Shown piece by piece: positions 1 to 9,800 of a stretch of DNA of 64,000 nucleotides. Positions within the stretch are counted from its first letter, which is position 1. The number at the start of each line of letters is the position of its first letter. Below the pieces are notes generated by a model. It saw only the letters and a program-made list of their open reading frames with translations. It made no database searches and was not told where the DNA came from. The position numbers and the translations under genes are program-made. Source of the DNA: Candidatus Latescibacterota bacterium (lineage in GTDB: Bacteria > Krumholzibacteriota > Krumholzibacteriia > WVZY01); assembly GCA_963791045.1 (NCBI GenBank), contig CAWBQK010000011.1, forward strand, positions 192,001 to 256,000, given 5' to 3'.

Positions 1-269
1 ATCTGATCCTCGATATCCTGGGGTGAACGTCCTTTCCACTCGGTGAAAACAATCTGCTGGTTCTCGCCGATGTCGGGAATCGCGTCGACCGGCACGGGAT
101 CGCGCGGGAGACCGCCGAGGTTCCAGTCGAACGGGGCCACCATCAGCCCCCAACCGATGAAAAGCAAGACGACCACCGCGACGACAAACTTGTTGTCGAG
201 GCAGTAACCGATGACATGGTCGACCGGTGTGCGCCGATGGGGTTCGTTTGAGTTGTTCTGCTTTTTCAT
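1..269 (-). CDS. cusA: CusA/CzcA-family heavy-metal RND efflux permease, N-terminal part (runs off the window edge)
   Basis: Manual translation MKKQNNSNEP...DNKFVVAVVVLLFIGWG...PVDAIPDIGENQQIVFTEWKGRSPQDIEDQ matches the CusA N-terminal DAIPD...QIVFTEW.GRSP..IEDQ motif; lies downstream of MFP and TolC genes. Confidence 0.85.
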   Translation of the reverse strand, partial: MKKQNNSNEPHRRTPVDHVIGYCLDNKFVVAVVVLLFIGWGLMVAPFDWNLGGLPRDPVPVDAIPDIGENQQIVFTEWKGRSPQDIEDQ

Positions 270-324
270 CTGTTGTCGCGTCACTTTGTGCCACGCGGGC
301 TTGTTTGAATTTTCGTTCTTGTCA

Positions 325-2345
325 TTATTTTGTGTCGCGGGATCGCGGCGGCAGTTCTTCTTTTATTGTTCCGCAGCGGAGCATTTCCGCCCCGTAAAAT
401 GAATTCCACACGATGTCGACCGTCTGGAGCCAGAACGCTCCGCCGCCTTCGCGGGCCATCGGGCAGAACGTGATAAAGAAACTTTCGCCACCGGAATGGC
501 CGAAACTCTCGTGGAGTTCGATTACGCTCTCCGACAGGTGGAAAAACGCGTCGCGCGCGATGGCGATGTCTTCCGCTTTGGCGATCCGTCTCGCGTTGGC
601 GAGAAGCGGGTCGTGGAGAGACTGCCAGCTGTCGCGGCCTTTTTGCGACAGGCCCGCGCCTTTTTGTTTTGCGATCTCCGCGGCGAGGCCTGTGCCTGCT
701 TTGCGTGTAGTAGAGAGATCGTCCTTTGCGAGTGCCATCTGAACGGCGAAGTATGTACCATAGATCGGTGTGAAAGCCCTGGCGGCGTGGCTGCTTTCAT
801 CAAATCGTTCTTCGTCGGCACCGGCGGCGCTAGTGTCGGCGGGTTGCTTCTGGCCGTCTTGCTGCGCGGCGGCATGCGTCGATCCCGCGCCGGCGCCCGA
901 TGCCGACATCATGCTCGGCTTCGCCTGGATTTGAAGCTCGCTGTCGATTTTGAACGCGCCGTTCGTGACGACACGTTCGCCCTCTTCGATACCCGATTTG
1001 ACGATGTAGAAATCACCCGCGCGCGGCCCAAGCTCGATCTCGCGGCCCTCGAAAACGGGGGAGTCCGCGTCGGGGAGCTCGACATAAACGACGGCTCGGG
1101 CCCCCGTGATGAGCGGCGCGGTCGCGGGAATCAGAACGGGCGCGTCGTCAACGTTGGCCGCCAGGCCCGTGAAACCGAGAGACGCTGCCGGTACCAGATC
1201 CATCCCGCACACGTCGCATTTTCCGGGACCGTCCTTGACGACCTCCGGATGCATCGGCGAAATCCATTTGCCGGCGAGGTATTCGTCGATCACGTTGCCT
1301 TCGCCGTCGAGTCTTGATCGCACCGCGCCGCGGACAAACATGTCGGGTTTCAGGTTCCTGTTTTCGTTGTCGACAATCGCGCGGACGCGGACAGTGCGCG
1401 TGCCGGGATCAACTACCGGATCGATAAAGCTGATCGTCGCCTCGAACTTCTTGCCGGGAAAGCGACGGTGACTCGAACTCCAGCCGCTGGCCGAAACGGA
1501 GCCAGGGCAGATCGGATTCGTATGCTTCGAACATCACCCATAATTTTGACAGATCGGCGATTGTATAGATGCGTGTTCCCGTCGACACGTACATGCCCTC
1601 TTTTGCATCTTTGTGAATGACCACTCCGCCGATCGGGGCATACACGGTCAATGGTCGCTGGTCTTGCCCGTCGCCTCGATCGTTTCGATTTGCTCGGGGG
1701 TGAGTCCGAAAAACGGAGCTTTTCACGGGTGGCGTCGACGGTGGCGTCTGCGGTCGAGCGCAGGATGTTGCTTGTTGTTTTGTTGAGCGCTTCGACGGCC
1801 GCCTTTGCCTGTATCAGCTCTTCCTGAGTGGCGAGAAGTTCCGGCGAATACAAGAGGACCATGTGATCGCCCTTGCCGACCGTCATCCCGGTGTAGTCGG
1901 CGTAGAGGCGGTCGATGCGGCCGGGAACCCACGCCGTTATGTACGCGAGCCTCGACTCGTCGTGCGTCGATCTTGCCGACCATCCGAACTTCGGCTTCGG
2001 CGAAAGCGCGTGTCGCCGGTGTCGTTTCGATCCGTGCCAGCTGTTTTGCCGTGTCCGACATCCTGATCTGGCGCGGACCGAGTTCGTCACCGGAGTCCGG
2101 TCTCGAGCGGGATCAGATCCATGTAACAGATCGGGCATTTGCCGTTTTTGGGGCAGTTTGATTTGCGGGTGCATCGAGCATGTCCACACAGCCGCCTCTT
2201 CGGATGCGGCGGTATGTTCGTGACCTTGTTGGACGTCGGCATCGCTGCCCCGACCGCCGTTGCCTCCGAAGAGGAGAGCGCCGAGAACGAACGCGGCGAC
2301 AGCGACACCAATCAGACTGAACGTTATGGTCTTATTGAATTTCAT
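325..2345 (-). CDS. cusB: CusB-like efflux RND periplasmic adaptor with heavy-metal-binding motifs and DUF3347-like C-terminus; split by several frameshifts
   Basis: Fragments in ORFs 1413..2438, 2087..2311, 1723..2061, 1409..1726 and 325..1341: WTCSMHPQI / CPICYMDL, GRIDRLYAD..G..V.KG, YSPELLATQEE, WISPMHPEV..CDVCGMDL, FCPMA..GAFWLQ. ATG at 2345 overlaps the TolC stop. Confidence 0.85.
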
Positions 2346-3728
2346 TGAAGATCCTCGCCGGTGAGCATTTCGATTTCGGCGCGTGTGATTGCCAGATCGG
2401 TCAGCGCGCGTTCGTAGCCAAGTTGAAATTCGAGCCACTGCCGCTGGGCGTCGAGCAAATTGAGAAAGTCGGTTTCGCCGGACTGGAATGCCGTGTAGCT
2501 TGCGTTGAGCGCCTGTTCGGCCTTGGGGACGAGGCCGTCGCGGTAGAGACGAGTTTTCCTTAGCGCGTCGGTGTGACGGAATACTATATCATCGACGAGG
2601 GCTTCGAGTTGATCCGCCGCCGCCGCGCGGGCGTACCGCGCTCGTCTGTAGTCCGCCTCAGCGGCCCTTTTCCGCGACTTGTTTTTGCCAAACCAGATCG
2701 GGACGTTGAGCACCGACGCTCGCCATCCATGCATCCTTGCCGCTGTCCTTTATCGTCGGGTCGATGGCGTCGCCGATTCCGAAATACTCGACACCCACGG
2801 TTAGGTCCGGCCACGATGTCTTGCCCGCATGCCGTTTGTTCGCGGATTGTTCGCGAACTATAAAATCGAGCGATCTCAAGTCGGGGTTATTGGCCATTAC
2901 TCGGACCGATACGTCTTCTTTGTTGAAATCAGTTTCGTCGACGGTAATCGCTTCGGGGATCATCAATGCCCCGTCGCCGACGAGACCAACAGCAGCGCGA
3001 AGGCGCGCCTCGGCGGGTTCGATCCGATCCTCGAGAGAGAGGAGGCGGTCCTCGAGCCGGCCCAGTTCGACCTGGGCCTTGATAACATCGGGATGCTGAG
3101 TAAGCGCGACCCGGTACCTGGCGCGAATCACTGATTCCCAGAATTTCAACAGCTCGAGATTGTCGCGTGTGATCGCGATGTCGCGGCCGAGAAAGTAGTA
3201 TTCATAGTACGCGGACTTCACACGGTAGAAAATCGCGAGCTTTTCGGATTGAAAGCGTTCGTAGGCGGCGCTCGCCGCTTCGAGCGACACGTCTTTTTGT
3301 GCGCCACGTTTGCCGAACCAGGGAAGAGTCTGGCGCAGAGCCGCCCGTGATTTTTGCGGACCGACACGGGTCTCGATACTTTCGACAAAGTAACCGAATG
3401 TAAAGTTGGGATCGGGAAGCGCACCCGTGTAACCGGACTTTTCCAACGCCGACTTCCACCCGTAGAAAGCCGACTTGAGCGCGGGGCTCTGGTTCGCCGC
3501 GAGCGCGAGTAACGCGTCGAGGTCGCAGCCGGTTCGTTGCTCGAAGGTTCCGGCGTGCTCGGCCGAATCGAATGCAGTGGCGAGCGAATCGCGAGAGCTC
3601 GTGGTCGGTGCCCCGGTGAGCCCGGACTTCCAGATCGGTCGATGTCGCCGTTGTGAGTCCTGCCCAAGCGGGGCCGGACGTCATGGCGCGGACACACAAA
3701 GCATTGCTTTAAATATATTTATCTTCAT
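2342..3728 (-). CDS. TolC/CusC-family outer membrane efflux protein (frameshifted)
   Basis: ORFs 2658..3446 and 2342..2734: LPDP, QTLPWFGKR, VKSAYYEY, DVIKAQVE, YTAFQSGETDFLNLLDAQR; probable start MKINIFKAML at 3728. Confidence 0.85.
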
Positions 3729-3802
3729 ATGGTATCGATTCATTTCTTATGTTGACGAGATCACAAACTGGCGCCGCTCCGAGGCAGGCGATTATCTATA
3801 GT

Positions 3803-3817
3803 ACAAGTAATGTGCCA
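3803..3817 (-). promoter_or_regulatory. sigma54 (-24/-12) promoter of the efflux operon
   Basis: Minus strand TGGCACA-TTAC-TTGT, about 75 nt upstream of the TolC start (TTGT instead of TTGC at -12). Confidence 0.6.
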
Positions 3818-3879
3818 TACACTTATTCTGTTGTATACAAAAAGATAATTCGAGATGGGTTGGGCGGGCGACTCAAAAG

Positions 3880-3916
3880 TGTAGAATAGTCTACAGCTAG
3901 TGTAGGAAATTCTACA
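3880..3916. promoter_or_regulatory. Tandem enhancer (UAS) palindromes for a sigma54 activator
   Basis: TGTAGAATAGTCTACA (3880-3895) and TGTAGGAAATTCTACA (3901-3916), both TGT-N10-ACA, 21 bp apart. Confidence 0.7.
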
Positions 3917-4023
3917 GTTCTGGTGGCAGGGCGGCGCGCGAAACGACGTCCTTATTCGTCATTATAGGTTTATCTCGTGACGTGCCAAACAGGTACAGGG
4001 CGACGGGTCCCAAGGCGATTTGC

Positions 4024-4038
4024 TGGTCTGTGCATTGC
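4024..4038 (+). promoter_or_regulatory. sigma54 promoter of the YHS/TRASH lipoprotein gene
   Basis: TGGTCTG-TGCA-TTGC with GG-N10-GC spacing. Confidence 0.55.
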
Positions 4039-4119
4039 CCTATCATTCCCCGAGACTTTCAATTATTCTTCCCACGAGTTTTGTTCGACATCTATATGGC
4101 AGTGACAAGGAGGATCTCG

Positions 4120-4482
4120 ATGAAAAGCTTTGTAACCTTATCGCTGATGGTCGCGCTGGTGATCGCCGTTGGTGTGTTTGTTGGATGCAGTAGTTCCGAG
4201 ACCGAAGAAGCGGCAACCGCGGCCCAGGGAACCGTGGACAAGGCGAAGGAAGTGGCGGCGACGGCGGAAGAGAAAGTCGTCGATCTGGCCTCTTTCGACA
4301 ATCCCAAGGTGGGAGTGTGTCCCGTGTGCAAGATGAATGTTGAAGCGGCCTACGTTGAAATCGCCAAGGTGGATGAAAAAGAGTACGCGTGTTGTTCGGA
4401 GCGTTGTGTTGCGATGCTCCAGGAAACTCCGGACAAGTATCTCATGGCTGAGGCCACCGGCCACGAAGGTCACAATCACTAG
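4120..4482 (+). CDS. YHS/TRASH-domain lipoprotein, putative metal chaperone
   Basis: RBS AAGGAGG before ATG 4120; lipobox FVGC; CPVCKM...YACCSERC; His-rich tail GHEGHNH. Confidence 0.75.
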   Translation: MKSFVTLSLMVALVIAVGVFVGCSSSETEEAATAAQGTVDKAKEVAATAEEKVVDLASFDNPKVGVCPVCKMNVEAAYVEIAKVDEKEYACCSERCVAMLQETPDKYLMAEATGHEGHNH

Positions 4483-4509
4483 ACGGATTACGCATCTTTG
4501 ATACACAAT

Positions 4510-4550
4510 GACCCTGCCGTTCTTTTCATGAGCGGCAGGGTCTTTTATTT
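4510..4550 (+). terminator. Intrinsic terminator (possibly bidirectional)
   Basis: GACCCTGCCGTTC / GAGCGGCAGGGTC stem followed by TTTTATTT. Confidence 0.7.
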
Positions 4551-4573
4551 GACCCGTCGAGATTTTGCCTCAA

Positions 4574-4987
4574 CTATTCTTCAATGATGATTTCGAAATC
4601 AATAGGCGCTGTCTTCATGAGCATTGCGCTCACTCCGCAGTATTGATCCTGGCTCAACTCCACGGCCCGTTCGACTTTTTCCCTGGGGATGTCCTTGCCC
4701 TTCAGGCGGTAGGTGATTTTCACGCTCTTGAACACCTTCGGATGTTCATCGGTGAGTTCCGCCTCGGTTTCGACACTGAACGCCTCGGGCTCAATCCGCA
4801 TTTTTCGCAGGATGCTGATGACATCCATCGCCGTGCATCCGGCAAGCGACGTCAGCATGAGCCCCTTTGGTTTCGGCCCCTTGTCCGTTCCACCGAAATT
4901 CGCGTCAGCGTCGATCGGGATTTCGAACCCGTCCAGTTCCCCCATAAAGTGCATGCCTTCTTTGAGGACGACTTTTGATTTGACCAT
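4574..4987 (-). CDS. OsmC/YhfA-family protein
   Basis: GPKPKGLMLTSLAGCTAMDVISILRK ... VELSQDQYCGVSAML with two conserved Cys; sigma70-like TTGAAT-17-TACACT at 5049-5077. Confidence 0.9.
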   Translation of the reverse strand: MVKSKVVLKEGMHFMGELDGFEIPIDADANFGGTDKGPKPKGLMLTSLAGCTAMDVISILRKMRIEPEAFSVETEAELTDEHPKVFKSVKITYRLKGKDIPREKVERAVELSQDQYCGVSAMLMKTAPIDFEIIIEE

Positions 4988-5098
4988 TTAAGCTCCTTTA
5001 CCTCGTCACACTCGCGTCCGGCCGACAATCCGCACAATCGTTGATGACAGTGTAACCGTCTCGTCGAATGGATTCAACTGTTGCCTTGGGATGGGTTC

Positions 5099-6774
5099 TC
5101 ACTCAAGCAGGACGATCTTGCGGGTCGAAACGCCTCGGGGTGATTTCAAACGGAGAAAATAAACACCCGTTCCGACTCGCTGTCCTCGTGAGTCGCGGGC
5201 GTCCCAGGTGATGGTGTGGTCAACGCGTGTTTGCGGCTTGTTGACGAGGGTCTTTACCAGGCGGCCCTGGACATCGTACACCGCGAGCACGACGGGTCCC
5301 GGGGCGGGAGTGGTGTAAGAAATCGTGGTCGAGGGGTTAAACGGATTCGGGTGCGCGCGGAGGTCGTTCGCCGCGTGCGCCGGGGCGTCGTGGATACCCA
5401 CGGCGGTGTTCCCAAGTTTGACGAGGTAGACGTCTTCCTCCCCTGTGCATGTCATCACACCGCCGCCGAAATCGATGTCGCCCTTGAATCCTCCGGCGGC
5501 GATGATGTTGTTTGACGGGTCGATCGCCATCTCCTTGCCGAGTTGATATTCTGCGTCACCGTAGTGTTCGCTCCACAAGTGGTTGCCCGCGGTATCGAAC
5601 CTGGCCAGAAATGCGTCGAAGACACCGGTGCAAACGTGGGGGCCGCCGCCGAAGTCGGCGCTTTTCCAGAAATGCCCCGTCAAAATCGTGTTCCCCGAAT
5701 CGTCGAAAGCGACACTCGTTCCTTCGTCGAAGCCCGAGTCGCCGTAGACGGCACTCCACATATGCGCCCCCGTGGAGTCGAACTTCGCGAGAAAAATATC
5801 GCCGTGTTCGACGTTGCTCAACGGGCCGCCGCCAAAATCGACGGTCCCTCTGATATATCCGGTCAATGCGATATTGTCGCTCGCGTCGCAAGCGACATCG
5901 GTGGCGCCATGCGACCCGGGGTCGCCGAACACCTGGCTCCAGATGTGATCTCCATCTTGGGAGAATTTTGCAAAAAAATGTCACAACCACTGTGGTCACC
6001 AAGGAGCGGGCCGCCACCCAAGTTGATTTCGTCGTGAAAAACCCCCACGACAATTATGTCGCCGGCGCCATCAACCGTGACCGCGGTGCCGCGCTGGTGA
6101 TCGGTCGAGCCGAACGACTGGCTCCAAACGTGGTTGCCGTCAGGGTCGAACTTCGCGGCGAACGCGTCGGTGTCGTCGACGCAGGTCAAGATGCCGCCGC
6201 CAAAGTCAACCTCGCCGACGAACCAACCCGTAATGATGATATTGTCTGAACCGTCTATGGCGAGGTGTTCAACGTTTTCGTCGTCGAGTAGGCTGCCGTC
6301 GAATCGTTTGCTCCAAAGGTGATTGCCCGCCGGATCAAATTTTGCGACGTAGATGTCGAGCCCGCCGCTTGTTGTCAGTTCTCCGCCCCCAAAATCGGCT
6401 TTGTAGTGCATGTGGCCGATGAGGATCACATTGCCCGCCGAGTCGAATGCGACGCCCGTTCCGTATTGATAGTCATAGTCACCGAACTTTTTGCTCCAGA
6501 GATGATTGCCATCGGAGTCAAACTTTGCGAGAAAGATATCAAATTGGTCTTCCCACAGCGAACTCGTCAGGTTGCCTCCGCCGAAATTCACCTTTCCCCA
6601 GAAGTCACCGGCGATAATGATATTCCCGTTGGCATCGGTGTCGACGCCCTTGACGGTCTGGAGGTTTGTGTCTCCGTAGCTGTAGCTCCACATGTGCGGG
6701 GGGAAATCGGCGTGGGCCGTATAAGGCAATATAATGACAAGAGTTAACGAGATAAGGATTGTGAGGCACCGCAT
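5099..6774 (-). CDS. Secreted beta-propeller repeat protein with C-terminal FlgD-Ig/T9SS-like sorting domain (frameshift near 5970)
   Basis: Signal peptide; repeats 'DFGGG.L...DIFLAKFD.DGNHLWS..FG' in ORFs 5863..6774 and 5099..5932; tail PNPFNPSTTISY...GVYFLRL. Confidence 0.85.
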
Positions 6775-6835
6775 AGGAATCAGCGTCCGGTCAGAGGAAT
6801 AGCGAACTGCGGTTCATCAATCTAATTATAGCACT

Positions 6836-9800
6836 TTATTTCAGCATCACCATTTTCTTTGTTTTCGTGGTGGTTGGTGATTCAAGCCTGTAGAAGTAAA
6901 CACCCGAAGCTACATGGTGCCCCGCCTGGTTGTCTCCATGCCAGCTGATGACATATCGTCCCGGCATCCTGTGCCCGCTGTAGAGATCTCGCACCAGGGC
7001 CCCGCTGGCGTCAAAAACGCGCACCGACACCTTTCCAGCACTCGCGATGTCGTACTTGATGAGTGTCGTCGGGTTGAACGGATTGGGATAGTTTTGATGT
7101 AGCGCCGTCGATGTGGGCAGCGGCGGCAATGGGGTATCGCCAACAAACGTCTCACTTCCGATGACGAGCGTAAACCGCGTATCGATCTCTTCTGCGACCA
7201 CGTCGCTCTCGGCGAGATAGAACGCGTAACGGTTGTTGTCGCGCAAGTTGACGACTTGTCGCATCTCGTGGTCGATGAGATGCGCTCCGGCCTCGGCTGG
7301 CACGCCCGAAAGTCCGTCGAACTCGAGTTCGACCTCGTCACCGACGGGATTGTCGGTGAAGGTTTTGCCTACATCAAAACGCCAGGCCTGACCCCATGCG
7401 ATCTCGTTGGATGCGAGAGCCTCTACCTGGTTCGCGTCGAGAGCTATGTAGCCCGATCGGATGTCGGTAGTGTATGCGCCCGGGTGAGTTTTCCACGAGG
7501 AATGTGGGAAGTAGAGGGAGAGCATCCGCCCAGGCCCCATCGGCGCTTCTGCCCGGTCACGGGGGTCCCACGAGGCATCGGCGTCTTTGTTGATTCCAAC
7601 AAGGTTGAAGGCGTCATGCGCGCCAACCGAAGACGCGATGATGCGGATAGTCCACTCTTCGGTATCTTCGCCGTCAGGCACCTGGTCGGGCGGTGGTTGG
7701 GTCGCCTCTTCGATAGCTTCGACCGGCGGCATGGCAAGAACCACAGGCGACGACGAGAGGTTCTTGATCCAGTACGCATAGAACGGGTACATGTTGTCAA
7801 TCTCATAGTCGTACATCCCGTCTTCTGACCAGCCCACCGGCGTCTGGATGATGCCGGAGTCAACCGCCTGGGGTGCGGTGAGGGAGTCGACTGCCATCGA
7901 GTCCCAGTCGACCGCAAAAACGAATGGATGCCCGATCTGGTTCCACCCGGGTTCGAGGGTTATCTCGTAAGGGCCCTCGGTCGAGACCGACGTTCCCGTA
8001 ATCGGTGCCGTGGAGATGCGGTGCGTATCCCGGGAAATGAGCCAGAAGCCTCTTTCGGGAGCGAGATAGAACAACTCATCGTCTCCTTCACTCGAGAGCT
8101 CTCTATAGGCGCCGTCCTCACGCGAATACCGGAAACACCTCCACTGCATCGGATCGTAAGGGCCGAACTCGTGCTGGTCGGAAAGAATTGACAAAAGGGA
8201 TCCCGTGAAATCTCCGCCGAAGTCCATCGGCACGGATACCATCCGAAAGCGTTCGCCTGGATATGATAAGCGTTCTTCAAGGTCGTCAACGATCACCTGC
8301 AGAGCGTAGGGGTTCTGCTCCGGGTCGTTCGGTGGGTCGGTGAGCGTCGTGGTCGCCGTTTGAATCTCAGCCCAGTACTCGACACCACGTTCGGCGACGA
8401 GCGAGTCGGGGATGGTGGCGAACGGGAGATCCTCTTCGAGAGCGAAAGGAACCTCCACGAAGAGGTGCGCGGCTCCCTCTCGGCAGTGAAGCATCCCCGA
8501 CACGAACTCCGTTCCCTGTGGGAGCCCGACGGCGACGCGGATGCTTCGGCCCTCCAGAAAACCTTGTTCGCCGGTCGGAACCGGAGTGGTGGTTAAAGAG
8601 ACCGGCGGCTCGACCCAACGGTGGTGACAGGCTTCCGGCGCCCCCGGGGGATCGGTGGTCTCTACGCAATCGTTGACCACCCTCACATAGTAATCGATCC
8701 CCGTTTCAGTCACGTGTTCACCGGGTATAATGCCCGCGAATCCGAGTGAATTTGCCGAAAGCGCGACGCTGTCGGCAAACGCCGCTCGCCCACTGGACCG
8801 ATAGTACAGAAATCCATATTCCACCTGAACGTCGGGCGCCGGCGCCACCATTACCGACACCGCGTCACCAAGCGGCAAGATCTCGGTCTCGCTCAGGAGC
8901 GTCGACTTGAACTCGAGCGCCCGGACATCGGACGCGACATTAACCGTGGTCGTCGGTTTGAGGGGATCCGAACTCGTGATCGTCAACGGTCCAGCTATCT
9001 CCAAGTCTTGACACGGCTGAATACAAACGCTGACCGTATCACTGTCTCCCGCAGGAACAACAAACGGGAAAGAACGCCCAATTGCCATCTCGATGGACGG
9101 CAGTGATATCGACTCGATCGAAAGCGGCCCCGTGCCGGTGTTCATGATAACGAGATCGAGGCACGTTGTGTCACCCACAGTGACGGTCGGGAAGACCAGT
9201 TCGTATGAGGGCACGGTGATCTCGGGTCTTGACGGGGTGAGCCGTCCGACGTTCGAAAGATGTGTCGCCACGCTTTGTATCTCACTCACACGTGACGGAG
9301 CTGAAACCGTGCGGATACGAAGCACAATGTCCCGATGGTCAAACGGTATTTGGAGAATGTTCCAATCGAAACTGTGCGGTGTTCCCTCGGGAGATGATGC
9401 GAGAGGTCCGATCGCACCGGTTTCACCAGGGACGTCCACCTCAAACCACGTCGGATTGCCTTCAAACTGATAGTTAAGCAGGATCCAAACGGGATCGGAT
9501 TCGACGTCTACCGCTTCGAGTTGAATCTGAGCGAAGTTATCGCCGCTGGGGTCGAGCGTGACCCACCTGACCCAAGCTCCATTGTTCGGGAGCGAGTGGG
9601 TGGGATTCTCAGGATCGCCCTTGTACGGTGGTTGCTTTTTGCCGCGTAGGAGCCCGTTCGATTCGAAATCCAGTTGGTAGCCCGTGGCTAATGCCAGATC
9701 GAAATCTCCGTCTCCGTCTACATCCCCGACGGCGATGCCACGGAGTGCCCTTAGCCCTGGTGTGGTATTGTCGATGTCGATCGTGTATCCCGGCTCTATT

